Source: Camelus ferus
Lineage: Eukaryota
NCBI RefSeq assembly: GCF_009834535.1
Contig: NC_045696.1
Coordinates: forward strand, 103,852,001 to 103,916,000
Direction: 5' to 3'
DNA length: 64,000 nucleotides
Both the position numbers and the translations under genes were made by a program. Shown piece after piece: positions 26,753 through 39,700 of this stretch (its first letter is position 1; each line of letters begins with the position of its first letter). The notes beneath the pieces are model-generated. The model searched no databases, was not told where the DNA came from, and saw only the letters and a list, made by a program, of their open reading frames with translations.

Positions 26753-28569
26753 CAAAAGCTTGGGTTAGTTTTAAATTCTAAATTCATCTGTGACCCCCCC
26801 GCCCAATTAAGAATTTTCTGTCTGATTTGAGCTACCGAGATGACCGGCCCCTATTCCATCTGGGTACATAAAATAGTCAATTTTATACCTGACAGTCTAG
26901 AGAAGGAAGTTGAAAAGCCTGCCAAGTGCTCTGGGAAGCCCAGGTGGCTTGGGTTTTATCTTTCCTTGTAGGGTGTGCAGGTACTTCTGAGAATAAGGGT
27001 TGTCCGTGCACCAGCCAGTGCCGCTGACCTTAGCTGAGACTTTAAGGCAAATGTCCTGCCAGCCAGCAATCAGGCTGAGGCTGAGAGCCTTCAAGGGAAA
27101 GTCGGAAGAGGGCTTTTTCTGGTGGATAGCGGTTCCCACAAGGACAGGCTGCCCTCAGACCCACAGCCCTTAGGAAGCAGCTCCCAGCTCCCAGGAACAA
27201 GAGTGAGAAAGATGATGACAAGCAAAACAGAAAGAACATGTGGTATTTCCCCCTTCAATTCCATACGTTCTGACACTGTTGTGGTACATGCGTTCACAAA
27301 TATTTCCCGAGCACCTACTATGTGTCAAGCACTGTGCTGGGTGCTGCGGTAAAAGCAGAGAATGAGACAGAGATGCTTACGTTCTAGTTGGGAAGACGTC
27401 ATAACTAAACAGGTATATGTAAATCTGATCATTTTAAACAGTGATAGCTGTAGTGTGATTGCTAGAGACTAGGAATGGGGTCTGACAGAGATCTCTGTGG
27501 GGAGGTTGTCTGAAGGGGTGAGCTGGGTCCTGGGGAGAGTAACTGTGCTGGGAGGGGATGTGTCAGGGACAGCCATGGAAGCCTGTGTCTGTGGGGCTGT
27601 CTTTCCAGCCCAGCTGCCTAGGACAGCAGATGTGGTCCAAATATTTGCCTGGTCCAGGGCAGCTAAAATTAGGAAGAGTAACATTGACACTTATTTTGTT
27701 TTCCAGCTGTCTCCATTCAGGATTTCACTTGTGTCTGAGAAGTGGTTTTCATTTGTTTCAGAGATGTAGGGGTAGAGGGTCCTGGCAAATAACCAGCATG
27801 GGGTTTTAACCAAGTAAATTATTATTACTTAAAAACATGGCACGTACTTTGTGTCAGGCACTGCTCTGAATGCTTCACAAATGTGAAGCCATTTCATCCT
27901 CACAACAAACCTACATACCAGGCCCTGGAGAAGAGTATTACCCTCAGTTCATGCTGAGGACGTGGGGCTGTTTCTCCTGTCACGGCCCTTTCCGTGATGG
28001 CGCAGAGAGGTCCTGCATCAGCACTGGGTTGGGGACATGGCAGCGGTGGCCAAGCTGTCAGAAATGCAGGTTCTTGACCTGTTGGGCTACTGAATCAAAT
28101 CTCTCCAGTGATTCTTACGGATAGCCAAATTTAAGACAACTGATCTAGCCCATCTGTTCCTTTTTAGGGAAATGACCTGAAGGCTGAGCCTTCCATTGTT
28201 AGCTAATTGTTCAAAATCAGGTCAGTATTTTGTCTGAACTGACCTTTTCCCCTCCTTAGTTAACGTTCACTTCTCAGGTAGGGGAACCAAGCATGGCAGG
28301 GCTAGAATCAACCGGTGAACCAAGGCACACGGAAGCAGGAAGTCGTACATGCAGAGGGCTGGGACTGGGGGTGCCTGGGTTGGGGAGAGTACAGGGGAGA
28401 TGGTGCAAACTACAAGACATTGTTCCTGCTTCAGAGAGCACCTTATCCCTGAGTGGAGAAAAGATACCTAATTGCCAAATGGGGGATGGTCAGGAGGGAC
28501 TGTACTTTTACAGTGACATCCCATCCTAGGAGCAACTAACTGAAGTCAATGTAACCATATATCCTTGAC

Positions 28570-28690
28570 AGAAAGAAAGGAAAAAAGTAAGAAAGGGAGA
28601 AATAGAGCGGGAAGGAGGTAGGGAGGGCGAAAGGGAGTGAGAGAGAGAAAGGGAGGAAGGGAGAGGGAGGAAGGGAGGGGAGGGCAGGGT
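28570..28690. repeat. GA-rich low-complexity polypurine tract
   Basis: About 120 bp of almost only A and G on the plus strand. Confidence 0.85.
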
Positions 28691-31600
28691 GAAGATGGTA
28701 TGCTGTGGGGTACTCCCCCACATTCCTAGGATGAGATGCCTCAGAGAGAACATGCATTTCCCTGTGGTGTTCTCTAGCTAAGAATGGATCTAACATTTAA
28801 AGATTTTTTATCAGGCATGGCCACTGAAGGCAAAGCACTCACATCCCCTGGCTGTCAGCCAACAAACAGGGTCTGCTCTGTGCTGGAGGGAAAACTGGCT
28901 GTGTTGGGCTTGCTGAGAGACGTAGGTGGCCCATACCTTATGGGTGACTTTAAGGATTTTCCACAGACATTTTGATTACATATATTTTCATCTTACGTGC
29001 TGACTTCAGACATGACCTTTTATGTTAGATACCACACTGGGCACGAAGGCCTCGTGTTCTGACTTCCTCTATTGCCAAAGCTGAGAAACCGGCTAACCAG
29101 ACCCCATCCTATGCTGCAAAATCCACACTGAGAGCGAGGAAACAAGGCTGCAGCCTCTAGAGGAAGCAAGAGCCTCGAGGTTGTTGATGGATTCTGAGAG
29201 TGAAAATATCCCCTGCCACATCCCTGTGCCCACACAACGGACACTGTGGGCTCAGAACCCCTGGGAACCCCTGTCCAGGTGGCCTGGGCTCCCATGCCTG
29301 GCCTTATGCAACCAGACTTCCTGGTGGTGCTTCCTGAGCCCCCTATGGCCCCTGCCCTCCACTCAGCACCGACTGGACCCAATCAAACCTAGGGTCTCCC
29401 TCCTACAATGTGACCTGAGTGGCAGCTGGTCAGATGGCTACAGGCTCTGGCACCTCTGGGCCCATGGACCCTGCGCTGGTGGCCACCTTGAGCACACAGA
29501 GCGGGTGACAAGGCAGAGAGCAGCAGGTAGGGTAGGCCTGGAGTGAGCAACCAAGCCAGGGAGCCTCTTCCTGGTCAGGTGCTGCCTCTGCCAGGCTGCC
29601 CTAGGCCCCCTTTGCCCGTGCCTCACACCATCCACGCCCTCTTAGTGAGCTGGCCCGCTCCATTCTATCTCTTGCATCCAAACAAGGCTTCACTGGCTGG
29701 GGCTTCACACCCACACCTGGGGGCCTCAAAGGCCTGCATAGAGGAGACCAGTCTAACTGCTTGGACGATTCACTTCTGAGTTTCCATCACTTGTGACCTC
29801 TGGTGATCCAAAATGCAAACTTCTAGAATTTAGATGGTCTTGGCCAATTCATTTGTCCCTTTCTTACAGGCCAGAAATTTTTTCCTGGGACTGCGTAACA
29901 CGCCCACTCTTTGAGCCAAATCCTTCCTTTCGTGATGGTTTCTCAGTGCTCCAGGCACATTTTTCAAAAGTGGGCCTAATTTTTTCCCACTGTTTATCAC
30001 ATTAGGCATGGAAATAATAACAGTGGGATGCAATGGTTTTCAAATTATCAGCACAGGATTTTTTTTTTTTATTAATGTTATTGGAAACCTCCATACAGAT
30101 AAGATACGAGACTAGTTAGCACTGGGTTTCTTCTCTCCACACCCCTCCCCCCACTGTCCCCTAAAACCAAGGGCCCTGGTTTCATCCTTATCTCAGGCAA
30201 ACATCAAGAAACACCCGTTACATATTATAGACATACTATAGCCTGCTCTGAGCTCTGGAAGCACGGCAAAGTGAAAGACATGATCCTGACACAGAGGGGA
30301 AGCAGGGTAGACAGGATGCCGACAGTCAACAACCAGGACCCTGCCCCCGTAGGAGGGTGTCACAAGTATACAGAGGGCTGCCAGCTCAGAGATGGGAGGA
30401 GAGGCTGGGGCTGGAGCAGGTGGGGCTTGGGCAGGGTTTCCGCAGACTTATATGAGAAGAGAAAGTAAAATCCGAAGGGTGGGGGGTGGTGGGTGCACCC
30501 AGACCAGAGGAGAAGCAAGGGCAAGGGTGGAAATGTGGGTGATGCGTCCAGGGAATGGTTAGCTGATGAATGTGGTTGGAGAACAGGGTGGTCAGAAGGG
30601 GGAAATGGGAAGGAGCCAGAATTTGAATGAAAGGCTAGGAAAATTCAACTCACTTCAGAGACCATCAAGAGCCCTGAATGATTCAACTGAGAAGGAAAAA
30701 ACCATTAGGAAAAAGAAAAACAAGATAAGAGCAAGAATCCAATGTCAGGCTGCTCAGATGTGCTGTATGACATGGACTCCAGGAAAAGAGAAGGGGCATT
30801 AAAGGGAGACGTTGATGACACATTTCCCGCTGCTGACCCTCCCCCCAAAAGGGTCACACGCCTCGAGACCGGTGAAGGCAAAATACATTATCTCCACTTA
30901 TTCGTCGGACATCAAGCAATGCAGTGACTCATGTGGAGTCACCCAGCTGAGGACTGCGGGGGTCTTGACTCACAGGCCTTCCCAGAAGAATCCTCTCCAG
31001 CAAGAACACGTGATCTCCAGACACTTGTGCTGCGGCCACTGAGAACAGTCTCCCACCAGCTCTGTGCTTCTCAGACCGTCCTCTTTCCACCCAAATCCAT
31101 GAACAGGGAACACCCAAACTCTCTCCCAGCCCAGCCTCAGCTTACGACACACAGCCAAAGGAATTCAGAGAACGGCCTTATGTTGAAACCTCTCCAAGAT
31201 CATCACAGTGAAACACGCACACGTGGCATGCACACACAGGCATTCTCAGAGTAGGCATGAGGAGCGGGGATGAATGGGTCCTGGAAAAGTGAGGGCTGCA
31301 CGCAGCCTGCCCTGTGGCAAGGGCCCCATGCTACAAACTTCCCTGGGGATGATGGTTTAAGATGTCACCTCACCAGACACAGTTTGATGGTACCACACTT
31401 GGGCTGGCCACTCTCTCTCTCTCTCTCTGCCTCTGTGATCCCTACATAATCAAAAATCTAGAGACATGGGGCAGATGGGAGAGAAATGAGGTAATCTGAC
31501 TATCCTGCACAAGGCCCCAGACAAGGTGGTGCGTGGTCCCCCCTCATCCTAGTCCTCCAGTTACAGAAGCTGTGTCCTGTCCAACAGCTCCACTGGATGG

Positions 31601-33516
31601 ACGAGAGTAACAACATCAGAAAAGGGGACAAAGAGGAAGGAGGACACACTGCACATCCCCCATAGTGGGGAGGGAGGCTTTCCAGGAGGTCGCGCTGGAC
31701 TTCCTGGCACCTCCGCTGAATTCCCAGGAGTCTGTTCCGGAGGCTCTGGGGGCTGAGGGGAGGGCACCATGATGGCCTTACAGTCAGGAGAGTATGTCAG
31801 CGGCAGTTCAGCCGGTGACTCAGCACTGATGGGAAGGCCAGACCTCCCTGAGGTCACAGGCTGCAGTAAACACTGGGCTCCTCCACCTCCCAACGCTCGG
31901 CCCCACCACGAGGAGCTAACACAAATCAGCCTGCTAGTGACCGTGCCCCCATCTTCTGCAATACACACGCTGTCTCCCCTTCACTGGTTTTCTAATCCAA
32001 CTTGTTTTCTAAATTTATAAATGCAATAATATGCACCTGATTAAAAAAAAAATCTCTAACAGTACCAAAGACTGTCCAATAAAAAGAAGCAATGGAGGTT
32101 TAAGGGTAATTTTTTAGTTCTTGATTCACCCATGTAGGGAAGCTTCACGAGACTTCTATTTTTGTAGACTAGGAAACTAACCCGCTTTGTCTGACCTCCC
32201 ACTTCTGCTCTCCCCGCCCACCCCTAAGTTCTGGCCCCGACTAGCACAGTCACCTAGCAACACAGTTCACCACTCCTATGTTCTGTTCTAGAAATAGAAG
32301 TGTTTGTGCTTCGTCTAGAACTTAATTCTTAAAATTAAAAACAAACAACCAGCATTTAAGATATTCTGATTGTGTAAGAATTGTTCCCTCCAGAGGCAAG
32401 TGGACAACCTCAGAGAAGAACAGGCAGACACGCCACAAAACTGCTGCTGCTTGAAGGGAAACACAACTAAGTTGGGAGGACTGGGGAGGGGATGGGGTGA
32501 GGTACTGGTGTTAGTTTTCCTCGGCACTGAAGGCATTTCCCTGAGTCCTTCCCTCAAGTTGGCATGGAGGGTGGAAGGAACAACATCAGGGCCCTGCATT
32601 CATGGGCTTTTCATCTGTATTTCTTGAGCACCGATATGTGTTGGGTGTATGCTAAGCATTTAAGATGTGTATAGGAACAGTTTCTGCCCTCAAAATCTCC
32701 CAAGGGAGAGAAGGGAAAATCAAAGACCGCAAAGAATGAATGATCCAACAAGACGGAGTTTTTGGTTTTGTTTTCTGTTTTGTTCATGGCTGTATTTTTA
32801 GTATCTAAACTAGCCAATTACTGAATGAATGAATGAATGAACATAGTGCCTAAGTTATGCACAGTGGAGGAGGTGGGGGTGGGGAAGGGGGACCGGACTC
32901 GGGGGGGTGGCACCTATAAGAACACTACAGAGGAGGCCTGCAGGTGCCTGCCTCGGTCTTGAAGGCTCAGAGAAAGTCCCCAAAGAGAGTTTGGGTTGGA
33001 TATTGAAGCCCAAGTAGGAGGAGGACATGGGAAGAAGCGGCAAGGGAATGCCCAGTGGTATGGTAGAAGCCGAAGGTGCGTTTGGGAACATGGTAGGAAA
33101 TGCTGAGAGAATGACAAGAGGAGGCAGTTGTCTCCAAGAAGGGACTTCTGTGCCATGTTGATGAGCCTGGCCTGTATTCTAGGGGTGACAAGGAATCTCA
33201 CAGGGCTGTCCACAGGGGAGTAGTGCAGTCAGGTCTGTGTGTTAGAGACACACCTGTGTGGGCAGGGTGAGGGTACGTTGGCTGGAGGTGGGAGTCTGGC
33301 TAGGGGACGGAGGCTGTCTCTGGGATGAGACATGGCAAGAAGCCAAACTAAGGCTCTGAGGTTGGAGAGAAGGGCTTAGCTCTTAGAAACATTTAGGAGG
33401 TAGAATCTGGACAATCTGGTAGCTAAGGGGTTTTGTGGGATAACTCAGTGCTCCTGATCTGAGTGGCTGAGTGGTGGCATCATCCACAAAAAGGGGGATT
33501 AAAAGAGTCCAGCTCA

Positions 33517-34460
33517 TCAGGCAGATAAAAAGATGCTCAATATCGCTAATTATCAGAGAAATGCAAATCAAAACTACAATGATGTATCACCTCACACCAG
33601 TCAGAATGGCCATCATTAAAAAGTCTACAAATGATAAATGCTGGAGAGGGTGTGGAGAAAAGGGAACCCTCCTACACTGCTGGTGGGAATGTAAGTTGAT
33701 GCAGCCATTTTCCATGCTGGAAAACAATATGGAGACTCCTTTAAAAACTAAAAATAGACTTACCATATGATCCAGCAATCCCTCTCCTGGGCATATATCC
33801 AGAGAAAATTTTCATTAGAAAAGATACATGCATCCCAATGTTCATAGCAGCACTATTTACAATAGCCAAGACATGGAAGCAACCTAGATGTCCATCGACA
33901 GATGACTGGATAAAGAAGTTGTGGTACATATATATGTGTGTATATATACACATATGTATATACATAATGGAATACTACTCAGCCATAAAAAAGAATAAAA
34001 TAATGCCAGTTGCAGCAACATGGATGGAACTGGAGATCACCATTTTAAGTGAAGTAAGCCAGAAAGAGAAAGCAAAATACCATATGATATCACTTATATG
34101 TGGAATCTTAAAAAAAAAGACACAAATGAACTTATTTACAAAACAGAAACAGACTCACACACATAGAAAACAGACTTTTGGTTACAAGGGGGAAAGGCAG
34201 TGGGAAGGCTAAATTGGGAGTTTGAGATTTGCAGATACTAGCTACTATCTAAAAAATAGATAAACAAGTTTCTATTGTACAGCACAGGGAACTATATTCA
34301 ATATCTTGTAGTAACCTATAATGAAAAAGAATATGAAAAGGAATATATGTATGCGTATGTATGACTGAAACATTAATTGCTGTACACCAGAAATTGATGC
34401 AACATTATAAACTGACTATATTTCAATTAAAAAAAAGTGATACAACTAGACAAAAAAGAA
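33517..34460 (+). mobile_element. Lineage-specific L1, 5'-truncated (ORF2 C-terminus plus 3' UTR)
   Basis: ORFs read [57 protein letters not shown] and MFIAALFTIAKTWKQPRCPSTDDWIKKLW, and the element ends in an A-rich tail. Confidence 0.95.
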
Positions 34461-35055
34461 AGAGCATGGGCTCAGCAAGTTTGAGAAGTGCTAAGTACCA
34501 CTGTGCGTTGTGCAAGTGGGGACGTCTTTAGACAGGTGGATCTATTTACAGATGAGAGAGTTATGGCAGGTCAGTGGTAGATGAAGCCGAGGACAGAAAG
34601 AGGTAAGGTAGTAGACACAGGAAAGTGTGTGAGAAACACCACCTGTAAGGATGGATAGACACAGAGAAGTCCTCGGACACTGGGAGAGTTGAACCAGCAG
34701 AGAGGGTATCACTTTTCATCGCAGGGGTGTGTGTGAATGAATGAATGTGTATACTAAACAATTTCTCCCTGCTTTTCCTCTTGGTTTCTCTCTCTTGAAG
34801 TAACTTCAAGTACTAGACTGTACAACTAGAACTGGTCCCCATTGATCTTGGGGTGATAGTCACCAGAGGCACCATCTAGTTCTTGATGTGATTATAAAGT
34901 TTCTCTTGGATTTTCAGGAAATATTGCAGGTCACGAAGAGTCTCAGTAGTTTTCCAATCAGTGGTTTCTCTGGCAGTGAGCTTTTTTTTTTTTCAAATAA
35001 ACGTTTTATTCTAGAATAGTTTTAGGATTAGAGAAAAGTCAAGAAGGTAATAGAA

Positions 35056-35351
35056 ATAGAAACAGACTCACAGATGTCGAAAACAAATTTATGGTTACCA
35101 GGGGGAAGGAGATGGGAAGGGATAAATTGGGAGTTTGAGATTTGCAGATACTGACTCGTATATATAAAATAGATAAACCAGTTTATACTGTATAGCACAG
35201 GGAACTATATTCTATATCTTGTAGTAGCTTATGGTGAAAAAGAATATAAAAACAAATATATGTATATTCATGTATGACTGAAGCATTGTGCTGTACACCA
35301 GAAACTGACACATTGTAAACTGTATATCGCAATTAACAAAGTAAAAAAAAA
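35056..35351 (+). mobile_element. Lineage-specific L1 3' tail nested in an older minus-strand L1 (~34985-35945)
   Basis: TSD aaggtaatagaa at 35044-35055 and 35352-35363, with a poly-A tail. Confidence 0.85.
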
Positions 35352-38300
35352 AAGGTAATAGAATTCCCATGTACTCAACACTCAAGTTTCCCCTATTGTT
35401 CACACCTTACTGTGGTACATCTGTCATAACTAATGTACCAATACTGATACATTATTATTAACTAAAATCCATACTTTATTCAGAGTTCCTTAATTTTTAA
35501 GTATTGTCCTTTTTGTTCTAGGAAAGCATTCAGTTGTCATGCCTCTTTAGGTTTCTCTGGGCTGTGATAGTTTCACACACTTCCCTTGTCTTTGATGAAC
35601 TTAACAGTTTTGAGAGGTACTACGGGTCAGGTATTTATAGAATTTCCTTCAGTTTGGGCTTGTCTGATGTTTTTCTCATTATCAGACTGGGGTTATAGGT
35701 TTTGCAGAGGAAGACCACAGAGGCCAAGGGCCGCTTTCACCACATCACATCGAGGTACCTACACACCGTCAGCACGAGTGATCGCTGTTGATGTTGACCT
35801 CGGTCGCCCGGCTGAGGTGGTGTCTGCAGGTCTCCCCACTATAAAGTCCCTCCCCGCCCACTTCCACACTGTGCTCTTTGGAAGGAAGTCACTACATGCG
35901 GCCCACACTGCAGGACTGGGGAGTCATGTGCCCCTTCCTTGAGTGGGAAAGCAGTTAGCTCTTTAAATCTCATCCTCCCCTTTCACCTGAAGGAAATCTC
36001 TCCTGCTTCCTTTCCTGTCTTTCAGATACTCTTCTGGGAACACATAGACCTGTCAACTAGCCCTTTTATGGGACATAACATTTCTAAGTGTATCTACGTG
36101 CACCTCAAAATACCATATGATGAGATTTTAAAAGCGAGTAGGGATTTCCCTCCAGGGAAGCACTGATTTACTGCTGATTCCAGGCATGGAGGTTCCCTTT
36201 GAAGTAAGCCTGGAAGGATATCACGTCCAGGGGCCCATCTGGGGGGCCCTCACCCCTTGTCCACCTGCTGGTGTCATGTGTGAGGCTGGCCTAACTTAAA
36301 AGTCAGGAATAAGTGAAAATCCCCTACAAGAGGGAAGAATCAGAAGGGAAGTACTTGAAAAGAATAATGCTGTTTCACTGTATTATGTGGACAAATAATG
36401 CCCTCCTTTGTTACAATAACAGCGCTCACTTCTATAAACCAAGAATATCATAGTAAAGACACACGACGTGGTCAAAGATTGCATCATACCAAGGAAGGAA
36501 GGTCAAGAACTTAACACCAAGACTTTTAGAAAAAAGAGATCATTATTTAAAGACATAATGAAACTCCAACAGGAATTAGGGCCATGTGAGTTAGGAAACA
36601 TGGCACTTGTATCTTTGCATAATAAATCTGTATAATTTAATTTAAAAAATTATTGTACGTTATTAAGATAAGACCCCACCGCATGCTTTGGTTTCCCCCA
36701 GTGTTTGCGCACTGCTGCCCCCTGGGGCCTCTCCACGGGGTTAGGAAAAGCAAGCATTGACAAGCCAACTGTTGTTCTCTCTCACTGTTTTCCTCCTTAT
36801 TGCCTGGACTTTGAAGTTCAATGTCATGTAAACATTAACTTGCTTCTTAAATAAAGCCACAAAAGGCAAACTGTAACCTGAGCATATGATTTATCCCAAC
36901 TCTTTCCCATGCACTCTAAGGATTCTGATTTCTTCTCCACCAGTATGTCTCTATCTTATAGAAATAGTTTTGAAATAGTCTTAAATTATTTTTATTATTA
37001 ATAATTATTATTTTATTATTGAAGTGTTTTCCAAAGAATGCCCATCAGAGACGACTTTAGGTTGTAATAACCACTAACTTTCTTTTTAAATATTTTTAAG
37101 TTAAAAAAAGTTGATTTAAAGGAAAAAACATGTTAAATAGCAGAACAAGTGGCAAAAGGGAGGACGAAAATTATCACTGGCTGAAGTTTGGGGCCTACTG
37201 AACTCTTGCACTAATCAGTTTCACAGGTAAAATTTATTGTACACACAAAAAACTGAATTATTCTAACTTCAGGAACACCCCACAGAAGCTAAGATAGTAT
37301 TCTCTTTTTTTTTCAGTCACCAGTCATTATCTACCTACATTACAGCAGTCTTCTTTTATAATACAGTTGTGCTGATCATGATAGTCTAAATCATTCTGGC
37401 AAGCCCTTCAAAACAAATTATACGCCTCATTTATGCAATTTTGCAAGACTGGTGTCAAAACAGATTTTCCTGAATTTACTATGGAAATGGTTTCAGATTT
37501 TTCTCCTAGGTTATATTTTATTTTCCCCAAATTAAAAGAATATAAAATTATAGTGACTCTTCCTAACATTGAGAACTTTAATAAATGCCACTATCTGAAT
37601 TGCTGAGGAAACAGTTCCTTAGTTTTCAGATCTTGATTTTATAAAAACTATGTCTTACTTATTCCCCTTCTACCTTCACCACAGTGGTCTGTTCTTTTGC
37701 CATGTAAGTGTCATTTAGAATTATTTTCTAAACCTGAACTGTGGAGCCGTACGATCTCAAATAAATGAAAGAATGATACTAAAAAAAAAAAAAAAAAAAA
37801 AGCTAATTTCCTTAATCTTTTTCTTTTCCTGCACTGAGATATTTCTCCCTGACACATAATTAAATATGGTTGAGCATTTGCTGAATTACTGTGTGGTTAA
37901 CCCCTTTCAACAGCAGGGAACCCAGATATTTTTAAATTTCTTGAATGCACAGTTTCTGATTAGTTGACCTTTTCTACACACCAAGCTGATCAGATGCAGT
38001 CATTTCTATCACCTCCATGTCCAGATTGCATTTATCCATAAATAAAGTCCTTGGTTTTTGTTTTTGTTGCTGTTGTTATTCTGGTTGTCTACTATAATTT
38101 TATCTTCATAAATAAAATTTCAATTTGCAAAATGACTTAATTTGTTTTATTGATTCTAGGTGTCAGCGATAATGCAACTAATCAGTTTGAAAACACAAAA
38201 AACATTATTTCTGAATAATACATGAACATTCTTTCCATTCATGCCCTTCTCCAGTCCCTTCCTTTTCCTCACCTTCTCTCCTATCTTTCTCTCCGTCCTT

Positions 38301-39439
38301 CATCAAACATTCATTAAGCCTGTCAGGCACTATGCTAGATGTTGAGAATCAATGATGGATAAACTCTCAGTCCCCCATGAAGCTTATCCTATCGATTTAA
38401 AATTTTTCCTTCCTGTTTATTCCAAAGGTCATTTGGACAAAACACACTAATGAAATTCATGGGAAAGAAAACAAGCATGGACAGCTTTCACTGAGTTGGA
38501 GAAAAAGTATGTCACCAACCTTTAGCTGTTGCAGAGAAATCTTTCCTCTCTGGGGGCTCGGGCTATATCAACAATTCTTCTTTTCCCCGAGAACTGGCTC
38601 TGGGGCGGGCATTCTTCCTCCTCTAGCATAAATAACCTCGGGTGGGAATGTTTGGATGGACACCAATTGGATGAGACCCAGAGCAGCAGGAGAGCCTCCT
38701 AGAAAACTTAGGTGCCCACACTCTGGTGTGGCTGTGTGAGGCCTCTGGTATAGAGCTCCTGTAGAAAACCACAAATGCACAGGAAATTGGGGAAAATCAG
38801 ATAAAGGCAAACCATTAAATGACACATGAACAGAAAGGAAACAGTTAAGAATTAACCCAAATTAATTTAAGGCTATAAGAACAAGTGGTGCAACGGTTTA
38901 GTTAATAAGTAGCTGGTCTCCAAAGCTAGGGCATTTGAGCTGAATGACTAAGGGCTTTTAGACCCATCAGGGGGCAGGTGGAAGGAGAAAGAATCACAAG
39001 TTGCTGTGGGAAGCAGGAGCAGACACTGTATCCTGGACGCAGACTAGATTCATGCATACACTCATCTACCCATATGTACAGACACTAATCCATTCAAGCA
39101 AATGCTTGCTGAGTACCACTGCTCTAGGTGATGGTGCTGAGGGTACAGCAGTGAGCACGACCTTGAAATTCAGGCGCCTGCTGGAGGCACAGTAAGCAAC
39201 TGGCTGGAATTTAGGTGGGTATTATACAAAGAAAAAGGCAATGCTGAAGCGTGAGTCTACTGAGTTTGGCTAGTTTCTTTGGAATACCAGGACCCAAAGA
39301 ATCTTCCAGTGGAACAAGCTGTTACTTACTCCCTCAACCTTTCCCTAAGTCTGAGGTTGTCTTCCCTTTTTTTCATTCTCTCAGCCTAGCAAGACCATGT
39401 CACCATCCACATCTTTAAGCTCAGGCCCATCTACACTCA

Positions 39440-39700
39440 GGCCTCCAGGTGGCTACCTTCTTGCTGTATCTTCACAGGGCCTTTTCTCTGAGTGTGCCCA
39501 TCCCTGGCGTGACTTTTTTGTGGCCAAATTTGCTCTTCTTGTAAGACTTGTCAGATTGGATTAGGGCCCACTCTAATGGCCTCATTTAACTTAATCTTTC
39601 CTTTTAAAGACCCCATCTCCAAATACAGTCACATTCTGAAATAACAGGTGGTAGGGCTTTAACATATGTAATTTAGGGGGGATATGATTCGGCCTATAAC
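39440..39700 (-). mobile_element. MaLR LTR fragment (MLT1A-like)
   Basis: gtcagattggattagggccca...ctccaaatacagtcacattctga...tttaacatatgtaatttagggggg. Confidence 0.7.

Noticed and set aside
33471..34212. ORFs with a Cys-rich motif ([18 protein letters not shown])
   Set aside because: These are L1 ORF2 C-terminal remnants, not a host gene.
36713..36727. Additional CTCF-like motif (CCCCAGGGGGCAGCA, minus strand)
   Set aside because: A weaker match than the other sites that cannot be supported without ChIP data.
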